A DNA stretch of 63,985 bases, the filler included, from Basidioascus undulatus (Eukaryota), in NCBI GenBank assembly GCA_000826855.1. It is 4 parts of 4 records of this genome, joined end to end, with 100 filler letters (N's around TTAATTAATTAA, not from the genome) between each part and the next. Parts side by side here need not be neighbours in the genome. Positions count along the whole stretch, not along the records: positions 1 to 16,562 come from JTLS01000577.1; positions 16,663 to 33,193 come from JTLS01000578.1; 2 more parts are not named here. The stretch is one strand, 5' to 3'. Below are positions 10,401 to 22,489 of this stretch, piece after piece. The position numbers and the translations under genes were made by a program. Each line of letters begins with the position of its first letter. Positions within the stretch are counted from its first letter, which is position 1. The notes under the pieces are model-generated. The model did no database searches. It was not told the DNA's origin and saw nothing but the letters and a program-made list of their open reading frames with translations.

Positions 10401-13400
10401 ATGCCACCAGACACGCTCATGAGCGAGCAGGACCAGAATGCAGCTGCGTCGCTCAAGCGCAAGGGTGCGTCGCGCGCGTTCTACGCGCGAGGGAAGAAGC
10501 TCATTTAACGCTGGAGGGTCAGACGCGCCTGAGGACGCCGCCCCGGAGGAGGGGTTTGGGGCGTTGTCGAGCCCTGAAGGAAAGAAGGAGGCAGTGGCCA
10601 GTGCGGCGAAGAAGCCGAAAGTGTCTAGTGAGTCCTGGTCGTTGGGCTGGAGAAGGGCCAGGAGGGGCGCGATACTGACGCGCATGTTGGTGGACTTAAA
10701 GCGCTGAGCAAGACACCTGTGATCGAGCTCAAGGGCACCAAGATCACTTGCAAGCAGAAGCCCGTCGCGCTCGACAAGCTCATGTCCACTATGTCCGGTG
10801 CGTCCACACCCTTCGCCTTCCCCATCCCTAACCATGCTTACCCCCTGCGGCCCCGCAGAACTCCTCGCGTTCCACACGCACACCAACAGTCTCTCCGCTC
10901 CGCTCGCATCCTTCCCGGACGCGCACCTCCCCCTCCTCTCCAAGCTCGCACATGAGAACGACAAGGACAAAGGCTTCGCGGACCTTGCGCGGGGCGTGAA
11001 GGCTGCGCTGGTGCCTGTGCAGGTCGGGCTGGGGGACAGCCAGGAGGAGGAGGAGAAGCAGGGTGCGTTGAGAAGTTCCATAGAGGAAGGGAGGTGAGGA
11101 TATAAGGAATCTGACATGGAAAGGGGAGGGCAGCAGACGTGATCCCCAACAACGTCGTCTCCGCCGCGCTCAAGAAGGTCGTCAAGCGCGTCGACTACGG
11201 CCTAACGAGCGACGCGCTCCCCTCCAGCCTTTCATCATCCGCCATTCCCGCCGTGCGTCCATCTCCCCCACACCCGCCCCCTTCATCGGCCTACTAACTG
11301 ACTCCCTCCCCGCCCCCCGCAGGCCCTCACCGTCTACCGCTGGGAAGCGCTCGACGCAGCGCACCTCCCGCCCGAGGCGCGCGACGGCCTCCTCAAGCGC
11401 GCGGAGGAGCGCGCTGCTGCGCAGAGGGACGTGGTGGAGCAGTTTAAGGCGATGGGCGAGAAGGAGCAGGAGGAGCTGTTGGGCGCTGGGAAGCGCAAGA
11501 AAGCGGCAGTGGCGGAGAATCCGAAGCAGGTGCGTCGGCGCGGCATGGCATGGCGGGGTCCGAGATGAGGAGTTTGAGCGGCGCGGGAATAGGAACCGAT
11601 GTCGCTGGGCTCGGACGGGGACGTCGCGATGGTGGGCACATCGATCTCGACGCCGAAGTCGAACGGTGGTGCTGCTGCGAAGGGGAAGACGGACGAGGTG
11701 TGTTTCGGCTCGAATGTGGGAGAGCGGGGCGGGGCTGATCGTGTTGGGAGGGCAGGACGCTGCGGCGAAGGCCAAGGCGAAGGCTGAGAAGCAGGTTGCG
11801 CAGGAGAAGAAGGTGTGTTTTCAAGCGACCTTCCATATCTCTTCGGAAGAACGCTGACAGATGTTCGCTCACTGGGTGCATAGGCCGCGGAGCAAGCTGC
11901 AAAGAAGGCCGAGCGCGAGGCGAAGAAGGCCGCGGAGGAGGAGCGCAAGCGGCTGAAGGAGGAGCGCGTGAAGGAAAAGGAGGAGAAGGAGCGGAAGGCT
12001 TCGGAGGTGCGTCTTCTGGCTTCTCCGTCGTGTACTCACATCGTGACTGATGGTGGAGGATGCGCAGGCCAAGCAACGCCAGCGCGGCTTGATGAGCAAC
12101 TTCTTCAGCAAGGCGTCGAAGCCTGAGACGCCGAGCAAGCCTTCGACGTGTAAGTATTCGTTGCTCCCTTGCAGAGAGGATTTGGCCTGACTTGAGGAAC
12201 GGTTATCAGCCGCTACCTCCTACTTTCAGCGCGCGTTTAGGGACTTCCACGTCAAGACCGGCGTCACGCTCGCGCCGATTAACCGCTTCAGGAAGGGCCT
12301 GCCCAAGCCCGACACCGACCTCTGGGACGCCGAGCCCGTGCCCGGTGCGTCCCTCCCGATCAGTACCAGTCTGCTCCGCACGCGCCCGCGCTGACCCGGA
12401 CCATCTCCGCCCGCAGACCCCCTTCCCTTCTTCCTCGCGTCCGTCCCCGCCACCCGGCGCACGCACCGCCCGCGCCGCTCTGCCGAGGGCATGGCGATCT
12501 CGCCGCCGTACGAGTTGCGTGAGATGATGCGCAAGCTGGGCGAGGCGGAGGCGGTCGGGAACGAGGCGGAGGCGAAGAGCATCCTCGAGGCGTTCAAGAG
12601 CCGCGGCGGGGGGAAGATCAAGTACAAGTTGCTGTGGTTCCATGAGGACACGCGGCCGGGGTACTGGGGTGCGTGCCCCGCTTTTCTTTTCCTTCCGTCT
12701 CTGTGCGCCGAACTGATGTGGGGTGGGCTTCCCAGGCACATTCACCAAGTCCTCCTCGAGTGTGGGCCCGCGCACGCCGTTCGCGCAGGACAAGCTCGTC
12801 TTTGACTACGCGTACGACTCGGAGGAGGAGTGGGAGGAGCCCGAGGAGGGCGAGGGGGACGACATCGCGTCTGTCGGCGCGCGCTCAGACTCGGACAACG
12901 ACGACGCCGACTCGGACGCCGACAGCTGGCTCGTCTCGGACACGGAGGACGTCGGCGGGGAGGATATCGACCTCGACGCTGTCGAGGGCGGCGCCGACCC
13001 GAACGATCCCTTCGCCCACGCGAAGAAGGGCAGCAGCAGCCCCAGCAAGGAGAAGGAGCGCGCACGCAGGAACAAGGACAAGGCGACGCGGAAGAAGAAG
13101 GCCGTCCAGGCTGTCGCGCCGTTCATTGCGGGGCCGCAGTGGGAGGCCGAGGTCGGCAAGATCGAGTACGAGCCGTTTAGAGCGTTCCAGGTTTGCTTGT
13201 TGAACGGTGCGTTGTGCGGGGGGCTCTTCTTCCTTCCGGGCGGGAGCAGGAGACTGATGGTGGGTGGGTTTGCTGGACAGACACCCCATTCCCTATTGAC
13301 CCCTTCAAATTCACCTCCACCGCGACCGCCTCGCTCAACCCCACCCCCGCCGCCGCCGCCGCCCCTTCCGCCCGCCCAGCAATCATCACCGCCTCGACCT

Positions 13401-13890
13401 CCTGCGGTGCAAAAGCCCCAGCAACAATCACCGCCTCGACACCCTGCGGTGCAAGAGCCGCGCTCGCCTCCACCTCCTCCCCAATGCCCCCGCCCTCCTC
13501 CTCCACCCCCACCAACACCACAAGATCCACCAAAGCCGCCTCCTCGACCTCCTCCCTTCAGGCACAAGCAGACAAGTTCCCTTCCGACCTCCTCCCCGCC
13601 TTCCTCCGCGCGATCGACGGCTCCGAGCGCACGCGCGTCCTCCTCGTCGAGGACCTCCGCCAGGCGTTCCCGCGCGCGAGCAAGAGTTCGATCGAGGCGA
13701 AGCTGCGCGAGTGCGCGAAAAGGAACGGGCAGAAGCAGGGGGCTAAGTGGGCGGTGCTTGATGAGGCGTGGGTGAGTCGAGAGAGAGACGCGGTTCTGTG
13801 GGGGAGAGAAGGGACGCTGATGAGCGGTGAGTGCGGTGCGGGTAGAGGAAGATCGGGTTGAGCGGGCCGGGGACGTCGGTGTCGTCGTAG
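10401..13890 (+). CDS. CAC1: Chromatin assembly factor 1 large subunit (Cac1/Rlf2/CHAF1A), multi-exon; start at 10401 or 10419
   Basis: K/E/R-rich helix ending in PIP-like QRGLMSNFF; KYKLLWFHEDTRPGYWGT; DYAYDSEEEWEE acidic region; C-terminal winged-helix-like FPSDLLPAFLRAIDGS...SIEAKLRECAKR. Confidence 0.9.
13375..13458 (+). repeat. Two-copy 42-bp in-frame tandem repeat inside the CAF-1 subunit gene
   Basis: Encodes PAIITASTSCGAKA / PATITASTPCGARA. Confidence 0.85.
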
Positions 13891-14393
13891 GCAGGGAGGG
13901 AAGGGATAAGGGATGATACCTTCGTTTCGTGCAGCTGTGCTTTCGCTTTCGCTTTCCTTTTACATCTGTCTCCCCGCATCTTGAACCAGGTTTACTTCTG
14001 CATTCTGAATCATCGAACATTATCTGTTATACTTCCATATTTGATGTTTTGAGCCGAATTGTGCGCGACTGCGTGCCCGCTGGCTGGTGAGATGCGATGC
14101 GATGCGGACCCGGGAGGAGGTTGTCGACAACCAAGGAGACGTACAGAGCGTTCTTCTGTCAAGCTTCAGACCTGTTCGTATTCATTTACGGTTATATCTG
14201 CATACAGAGGAGAGGGCAGAGAAATTCTTGAGAGGCTTCGAAATCGTCCAAATCAGTGTTCCCTTATCTTCGGATCCTGCCGTCGGGCCGTAACCTTGCC
14301 TCTGCGTCTTCCACAACCCATCGTTCCTCGCTCACGTGCCAGCATTCTTATTTCCCAACGCTCATCTCGTATCCTGACCGCTCCAACTCGATC

Positions 14394-16125
14394 ATGGCTA
14401 ACAAAGGGCCCATCGCCCTCCTATCGGGTACGACCTATCGAAGAACCGACCCATCGCCGTTTATCGCGCGAACCGCCTGCTCGTGCTGACCTCTCGCTTC
14501 GATCGCCAGGCACGTATCACCCCGAGCTCGCGCGTGCAATATCTGAGCGGCTCGCTATCCCTCTCACACCGTGCACGACGCCGAAGTTTTCCAATGGGGA
14601 GATCGGGGTGAACCTCAAGGTGTGCACTCCGGATGGTCCAACGTCATTTTCACGCGCGATAAGCTTATCGGCGCGCTTCGGTGGGCAGGAAACCGTCCGC
14701 GACAGCGATGTCTACGTGATCCAGTCCAGCACGCGGGAGGCGGACGAGGCGATCATGGAGATGCTCATCTTGTACGAGGAAGAGGGGGTTGCTTTCCCAG
14801 GGCGGACGCTGACGGGCAATGGGGCGGTGTAGGATCGCGGCGGCCAAGTCGTCTTCGGCGTGCAACGTGACTGCTGTGCTGCCCAGTTTCCGTGAGCATT
14901 TCGAACCCGGAATAAAGGATGTACATGAGCTGATTAGTACTTCGCAGCTTACGCCCGCAACGACAAGAAGGACCGCAGCCGAGCGCCGATTGCAAGTGCA
15001 GCTTTCAAACTTTCGCTCGAGTGCGACACTGAACTGTGAGGCTCCAGACCGCCAAGCTCCTCGCGAACCTGCTCATGGTCACTGGCTGCGACCATGTCAT
15101 CACTTTCGATCTACAGTACGTCTCGGCCTCCTGAGCCGCAAAGGCACGCACGTTGACATTGTTGAAACTCGTACAGCGCGCCGCAGATCCAAGGCTTCTT
15201 CAACATCCCCGTGGACAACCTGTGCGATACTATCTGTTGCTGTTTCGAAACCCTCGGGGCTCATGATAGGATACGGGGACGATGCAGGTTTACTGACCCG
15301 CTGGTCGAGCACCATATCCGCTTCCGGATCCCCAACTACACCGAAGCTGTGCTCGTCTCTCCGGATCCTGGCGGTGCGAAACGGTGCGTTCCATTCTTCT
15401 GCGCTTGGAGATACCGCTCGGCAGGCCTAACTCTGAAACGACCGCGGCAGGACGACGACGCTCGCAGACCGGCTGGGCATCGACTTCGCGCTCATCCACA
15501 CGAGTCGGGACGAGGAGACAGTGGTAGGAGAGGTAGAGGGCAAGGTGCGCTGCTCCGCAAACACAGATGCAACGAACGATGGAGAACTGATGCATTGCTC
15601 TAGACGTGCGTCATCATCGACGACCTCATGGAGACCGGCGAGACTGTGAAGCGGGCTTCGCTCGCGCTGCATCGGGCGGGCGCGGCAGATATCTACGCTA
15701 TTGTAGCACATGGTGCGCTCCCTGTTAAGGTCATTTGCGTGATATCCATAAGCGATGGACTGACTGTCTGTCTTGCAACAGGCATCCTCTCCCCAGGGGC
15801 GCTCGCCATGCTACCGACGCTGCCGCTGAAACAGCTGATCGTCTGTCATTCACATCCCCATTCCCTTGAACTCGGCAGCTCATCCAGCCTTTCTTCAGGT
15901 CACCAACACTGTACCGCAAGACGAAAACCTGAAGGGGGCCGCTGGGAAGCTGGCTGTTCTCGACATCAGCAGTGTCCTGGCTGAGGCAATCCGGCGGCAT
16001 CATCACGGTGAATCGTGCGTTAGTCTCCGAGCGCTCCTCAGTCAGACAGGCAGTGTCTCTCTCTGACGAGGAACATGGGCAGTATGAGGTATCTGTTTGG
16101 GCCGGCTTGGGATCAGTTCCGCTGA
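14394..16125 (+). CDS. Ribose-phosphate pyrophosphokinase (PRS family), divergent paralogue, multi-exon
   Basis: [97 protein letters not shown]. Confidence 0.9.
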
Positions 16126-16307
16126 AGGTGCTGGGTTGCGAGATTGATTTGTGTCTGTTCGCGTCTTTTGCTGTTAATAGTTAGGCGTTAAGAGCTCTGC
16201 ATGCGACGCCGCTAGTGGGCAACAGGAGGGGTAGAGTACACGAGCGAGAAGGGGCCGGGCCAGCACCAAAACCACGTGGGTGAAAGCTTTGCACAAGCAG
16301 GAGAAGA

Positions 16308-16562
16308 CTAGGCTATGTAGGGATGAGACGTGTTCGGATGCTTGACGGAGGGTGGCGCGGAGGATGGGACCGGCGGTGTGGGGCGCAGCATTGAGGAGGC
16401 GGTCGATGAGGTTGATGCCAGGGATGGTATGGTCGTTGCCGAGGGTGATTGGGGTGTCGGGGAGCGTGGTGGTGATGGCTGTGTTGACGCAGGTGGTGTG
16501 GATGCGGCGGAAGGGGCGACCGCAGAGGCAGGTCCGGCCTTGGGCCGTCTTGCCTCTACGCC
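16308..16562 (-). CDS. Pro/Ser-rich 3' end of an unidentified gene cut by the gap
   Basis: Open frame GVEARRPKAGPASAVAPS...KHPNTSHPYIA*; does not resemble the SAICAR synthetase C-terminus. Confidence 0.4.
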   Translation of the reverse strand, partial: GVEARRPKAGPASAVAPSAASTPPASTQPSPPRSPTPQSPSATTIPSLASTSSTASSMLRPTPPVPSSAPPSVKHPNTSHPYIA

Positions 16563-16662
16563 NNNNNNNNNNNNNNNNNNNNNNNNNNNNNNNNNNNNNN
16601 NNNNNNTTAATTAATTAANNNNNNNNNNNNNNNNNNNNNNNNNNNNNNNNNNNNNNNNNNNN
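16563..16662. other. Artificial assembly spacer
   Basis: 44 N + TTAATTAATTAA (stops in all six frames) + 44 N, exactly 100 nt. Confidence 0.97.
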
Positions 16663-17430
16663 GATCGAAAAGAAGAGAAGGGGAGGGGAGGTGGAAGAGG
16701 GGACGCACACTGCTCGATGGAAATGTTCTCGTCGTGCTCGCCTTGGTCGGCTTTGGTCGAGGGCGTGAAGAGCGGCTCGGGGAGCTTCTCGGACTCGCGC
16801 AGCCCAGCGGGGACGGGCATGCCGTGCACCGTGCCGTGCTTCTTATACTCGCTCCATGCGGAGCCTGTTCCGCCCCCAAACCCTCCTTCAGTCCTTGTGC
16901 CTTCTAAAACCGGAAAGAAGAAAAAAGTAAACGCACCGGTGATGTACCCCCGCACAATAGCCTCGACCTTAACGACCTCGCTCTTGCGCACCTTCATCGT
17001 GCGGCCCTCAAGCTGGGACGCGTACTGCCCAAGTGCAGGCTCCGAGTCGAGCGAGGAGGAGATGACATGGTGCGAGATTTCGAGGGGCGGGGAGGTGGGG
17101 TCGGAAGGGTCGGAGGGGATGGAGAAGGGGAGGAGGAGGTCGAACCAGAAGAGGGAGAGTGCGGTGAGGAGGCGGCCCTTGGAGGGGATGCCCTGCGATC
17201 CATTTCTATCTGAGTATTTCGTTTTGGGAAAGGAAGAAGAGGGGGAAGAGAGGGGATGGGAATGGGGGACACACATTGCGCATGATCACGTCGTACGCGG
17301 AGATGCGGTCGGTCGCGACAAAGAGGAGGGCATCGTCGTCGGTCGTGGACGCGTATAGGTCGCGCACCTTGCCCCGCCCGAGGAGCTTCAGCGACGGGCA
17401 GTCGGTCTGGGTGAGCACGGGGGGAGCCAT
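16663..17430 (-). CDS. ADE1: SAICAR synthetase, 5' part (truncated by gap)
   Basis: [71 protein letters not shown]. Confidence 0.95.
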
Positions 17431-17663
17431 GGTGTGTCGAAGTGGCGGAGGGTGGGAGTCAAGCTGAGTGGTACAGCAAGGGTGGGGAAGCAGTGGGGAG
17501 TTAAGGCCGAAGGGAGAAGGCAGTCGGCGTTCTGGAGTTCATTGCTCAGAGTAGCCTTGTCCAAGCACCCGCTTTTGCCCGGTGCCTTCTCCCTTCGTCC
17601 CCTCCTCATCCTCATCCTACACCTCAGCCCCTCTCACCGCGCACTGCCCTGCCACTCCCCAAA

Positions 17664-18725
17664 ATGCATCTCCGACCGCGCCTGCCCTCCTCGACCCCCG
17701 CGTGCCCGCCCCTCTCCCGCACGCTCTCCTTCTCCGCCCCCGCCCTCCTCCCGCCCAAGCTCAAGTACAGCAAGGGCGCCGCGGGCGCGTACGACATCCG
17801 GAGCCTCGAGCAGTTCGCGGGGGACGACACCACCGCCGAGGGGCACATGGTCCTGGAGGCGCGGAGGAAGTGGCTCGACTACATGCGCAGGGCGGAGTAC
17901 GAGCTTCCTTTGCTCGAGGGTGCGTCTCCGTTTCCCCCGCACCAGCCACACCCTCCCTCCTCCCCTTACCCTTCCCCTCACCTCTTCTCAAAACCCACAG
18001 TGCACCGCGTTCCCTTCGTCCCCCCCTCCCCGAAGCAGACCCTCGCGATCCGGACGCTGTCCTACATGGGCGCGCAGCACCCGGCCGGGCGCAAAGCCTC
18101 GCTGACCACCGCCATCTCCTCTCTGCCCCTCAAGTCCGCGGCCGCGAAGCACAAGTTCAAGGTGCTCGCCGGCGCGCGGTGGTCCGGCCCGCTCCGGCCG
18201 GAGGAGGGCAAGGGCCTGTGGCATGGCAAGGGCGATGAGGACGGGACGATCAAGATTGCGTGTGAGGAGTTCCCGGAGCGGGCGATGAATGTCAAGTGGT
18301 GCGCGGACGTGCTGGAGAGGCTGGTGGAGGCTGCCAATGTGCGTTTCTTTCTCTCCTACCTCCTTCTCCCCTCTTCTCTTGGCTCCCCTCTCCTTCCCTC
18401 CCGCTCCTCCCATCCTCCTCTTTCTCCCCCCGCGTTCCTTCCCCCTCCCCCTATCTCCTCCTTCCACTCCACCCCTCATTTTTCCATATCCTTATCCACG
18501 GACATACATCCTCACCCCCCTCTCCCTCCTCCTTAGGACCAAACCGAATCCTTCGCCGACATCCCACTTGACACGCGGCACATCGACGCGCACAAGCGCC
18601 GGGCCGGCGACGGGCGCCACCGCCTGGCGGACCTCGCACGCCCCGGCGGCGGGCGCAGGCCGTCGCTCGCGCGCGACTTTCCGAAGCGGTGGCTGCCGGA
18701 GGGGGCAGAGTATGTGGGGGCATAG
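17664..18725 (+). CDS. RSM24: Mitochondrial small ribosomal subunit protein mS35
   Basis: Arg/Ser-rich presequence; GHMVLEARR..LDYMRRAEYELP, SYMGAQHPAGRK, HKFKVLAGARW, IKIACEEFP, SFADIPLDTRH, FPKRW; two introns. Confidence 0.88.
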
Positions 18726-19241
18726 AGGGATGGAGCGGGGGAGTAGGGAGATGCACACTCGTTGCTTTGTGATGAAGGCTGGGATGCGGGGCTGCGGTCG
18801 GTCGAGGTGTGAGCGGACTGACTTGGAGTGGAACTCTAGACACCGGGCGAGTGGTAGTGACTCCGTCGCGCTGCGGCACCCTTCCGCCATCTTCACTTAC
18901 CCGGCACGCTCCCACAAACTCACATAGCGCCCTCCTTTTCGCGCTATGCATGGGCATTATGAAACTGAAAGGCGAGGTCAAAATCTCACAGAAACTGCAT
19001 TCGAAAGCTTTGACGCCCACCGGTGCAGCTGCATTGCAGCAGATTCCATTCTCCGCCACGACATTGCAGACGGCCCTTCCGGCCCCGTGCTCAAACTCTG
19101 CACATATACGCCAAAAATGGCGATCACATCATATTCCCTGAAACAAAATCAAGCTCGAATCCTCCAATTCACTGTCCTTCTTCTGCCATGCAGTCCATTC
19201 CATCCCGGAAGAACGCGAAGTCCGTTTCCCCTTGGCTCGCC

Positions 19242-21067
19242 TCAAACGCCCGGATTCTTGCACGCTCCCCGGCCGAAGTTGATTCCGAAGTACGGTCTTT
19301 CGCAAATCCCCGGGGTCAGCATACTAGGTGAAAGGAAGCCAGGCTGAAGCGGAGGCTAAGCTCACCCGTTGTGCGGCTCCTCGGAAGTGAAGGGTACTTC
19401 GGAGTTGGCGCAGTTCTATGGAGGAAGTGGAAATGGTGAAATGAGGGAAAGAAATAAGGTGGGAGTTCACGGACCTCGTTTTCCTGCCCCGGGCAGAACA
19501 CAGGCGCCTTGCCCTCTGGCAGCCAGACTTCGCCGGAGGGATGCTCGAAGCCAAAGATGCCTGGACGTCGAGCCTTATCAGCATGAAAAAATACCTTCTC
19601 AGAATTTCGATAAGAGAGGGAAGTACGGGGAGGCAGGTGTGGAATAATGTCGTCCTCTGCAGGGATGAGTTGCGCGTTGGCAGTCAGCCGCAGTTCAAGG
19701 CATGGTGGCTGATTTACGGCGCAAGGACGTACGGTTTGTGATGTGCCTCTGGGATGGAATCTGTGGAGCAACAATACGTTGATATTTATTCGTTGGACAA
19801 ACATTAAAAGAAGGCCCAAAGAAAAACCTACCAGCTGGTCAACCAACTTGGCAAAGTCCTCGTTTCCCACGCGCGGCAGCCCGAACGTAGTGAGCGCGAT
19901 GTTCACTCCGCTCAGTACGTTATCCAGCACCAGCGCATCGAGCACGGCAAGTGCTCCACCTGCCCATTTCCCCCATTTCACAGCTTAATCAGCTCTCAAA
20001 CCATTCCTTCTGCGAACCCCTCAACGCACCGAGCGAGTGCCCCACGCAGTGCACCGTCCTGACGTCCGAGAACCGCTTCAGCGCAGCGGGGACTTCCCGC
20101 AGTACCGCATCCACCGTAGCCTCGTGCGCGTCTTGGAACCCCCCGTGCACGGTGGGGTCCCCGCCCGAGGAGGACGCCGCGGAGGCGAGCGCCCCGCGCA
20201 GGGGGTCCATGAAGAGGTCAGCGTTGTTTAGGAGCGAGGATAGGGAGGAGGAGTTGGTTGGGCTGGGAGAGCGAGAGTGGGACGAAGAGTGTGAGTGCTG
20301 GGCTGGTGGTGGGGAGGAAGGGATGGGAAAGAGTGGGGTGGGGATGCGGAGGGAGGAGACGGACGAGTGCGCCACGATTAGGCTGGAGAGGGACGGGGCG
20401 TGGATGATGTACACTGGGAAGGAGGTCGAGAAGCGTTCAGCCGAATCCATGTTGAACGGTAAAAGCAACTTGCAAGGCTTACAGTAAGGTGTGTCGCGTC
20501 CGTCTCCAGCAGTGTAGACGATTTCCGAGCCGTACCCCGCAATTGCATCGCAGTTGGCTGTGTGCAGTAAACAAGTCAGAAAGACCTCGTCCGTTACTGT
20601 ATGAGCCCCTTCTCTGCCAACGTACGTCCGCAAGAAAGCGCCTTAACCCCGTCCGCCCCGCACGCCGCAGCCGCCGCAAAGTAAGCGGGCGGCTTGAAGC
20701 TGTCGATTTCCGCCTGCGTGAGCGGGACGGGGGCGTCGGTGCTCGTAGCCTTGACGGCTACGTCGGCCACCCTGATCGCAGGGATGTGAGGGTGAGCATG
20801 GTGGGCGGGGTAATTTTGGAAGGGGAACAGCGTACTTCTCGACGGGGTGGTCGTGCGCGAGGGAGTCGATCTCCGCCTGGGAGAGCGGCTGGACGGGGAC
20901 GACGACGTCGTTTTCACTGGCTTGGATCTCAGTCGGGAGGACCGCATGCTTTCGTGTCCTCAGGTCCCATTTTAAACTCACATTTGTACAGCCCGCGGCT
21001 TGTACGGGGCTGCACTGCCGAGGGTCGCAGCGCACAGGACAAGAAGCAAGCTGCTGAGGACTCGCAT
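19242..21067 (-). CDS. Secreted class 3 lipase, multi-exon
   Basis: Signal peptide MRVLSSLLLVLCAATLGSA; VHGGFQDAH; nucleophile elbow VGHSLGGALA; TFGLPRVGN; DIIPHLPP; FEHPSGEVW; PHNGPYFGINFGRGAC. Confidence 0.9.
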
Positions 21068-21681
21068 CGCGACTACAGCGTCGGGTGTGTTGCGAGGAGG
21101 AATGAGGAGGTCATTAACCAACATCAGGTACTCTTTATAATTTGGTGTCTTCGGAAAGCAGAGCGGCCCCCGCATAGCACCGGCGCTAACGCTGCAGACT
21201 GCACCGTCGAGCGCGCAGTGCCTGCGGCATTAATATGTGCACGTGCAGCCGCTAGCTTTGGTGGTTTGCGAGGATGTGAAAGAGTCTCAGCTTCCTTGGC
21301 TCCGATATGCGGGATGGAGAACGCCGTCCTTGGTCAGCAAGGAAGGTGTGCAGAATGTACATTTGGCCAAGTTGTACAGTCCCAACCTGTTGAGTGTCTG
21401 GGCGAATCGACGCTCCTTTCGGCAATGCGTGCCTTTTCTTCTCGACGCAAGTTGGCCTCGCGAAGTACGAGAGCGATCTTAACATGTGTGATGCAGTTTA
21501 GGCTTACAGCCCGCTTTCAGTGGACGGGTCAGCGAATGGTTGTAATCAGATAACGCCAGAATTTGGCTCCAACGCGTGCGGCTCTCCCTCATCCCCTACT
21601 TGACCTCACCCACCACTCACCGACACGCTCACATAATACTTTCGCCTAGCCTCTCATACGCGCTGCTCGAAGCGACCACAC

Positions 21682-22489
21682 ATGTCCTTTTCTGAACATC
21701 TGCGCGTTTACGACTCGTACCCCCCGTCGATGAATGTGCCATGGGGCTCGACGCTCGTCATCACTCAAATTCCCGTCTCGCTCTCGCTCGCGGGCATCAT
21801 CGCAGCGTCCTCCGAGTGCGGGGCGTCCGTGTGCGTGGCATTTCGAACCACCATGCACACGCGTTGTACTTCTAACATCTGTAAAGCGCCTACTTTCATG
21901 CGCACCAACGGGCGGAGCTCATCCTTGCTCAAAGCCCTTGCCCACGTTCTCCTCCGCGTTCGACGCCCGCATCGTCCTCGAGCGAGTCTTTGATACGTAC
22001 TTTCGTGCCATTCGCGGCCGCCAAGAGCTGTCCCGCACGCGCTCGGCTATCGCCGACCCGGCTCATTTCGTGAAGGACGACGCCGCCGGCGCGACGCGAA
22101 CCGAAGCAGCGCTCAAAGCCACGCGTGACGCGTTCCTTCCTGGCCGGCCCCTCGCGTCGCTCGACGCGAAGGAGCGCGCAGGCTTCGTGGAGGAGATGGA
22201 GCGGTTCTCGCGCGAGGGTGACGCTCCTCCTCGATCGCGGGAGGCTCCGCCCAGCCCTTCTCGAGATCCACGGACTTATCCGGACCGCCGCCCTACATCG
22301 TCGTTTGACTCCCCACTTCTCGATAGAGCTGGCCCTTCTCGAGACCCACTGACTCACCCGGATCGCGGCGGCCGTCCTGGCCCGTCAAACGTTTCCAGTC
22401 CCATACCCGCGGAGATGCCGCACATCGATATCGAATACCCTCTATCTCCAATCCGCTCCTTCATTCGAGCCACCATCAAGACCAACTGA
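21682..22489 (+). CDS. Hypothetical protein, probably two exons
   Basis: ATG at 21682, GTGCGT donor near 21830, long coding-like exon ...RIVLERVFDTYFRAIRGRQ...IRSFIRATIKTN*. Confidence 0.45.

Noticed and set aside
9624..14020. Long - strand ORFs (497 aa, 404 aa and others) over RFC2 and CAC1
   Set aside because: Antisense shadows of real + strand genes
16607..16618. TTAATTAATTAA as a piggyBac target site or biological motif
   Set aside because: Identical and centred in N-runs at all three gaps; it is a synthetic all-frame stop linker
5071..17430. Purine-metabolism cluster (5'-nucleotidase, PRS, ADE1)
   Set aside because: ADE1 is across an artificial spacer with another gene end in between, and the nucleotidase is secreted and separated by replication genes
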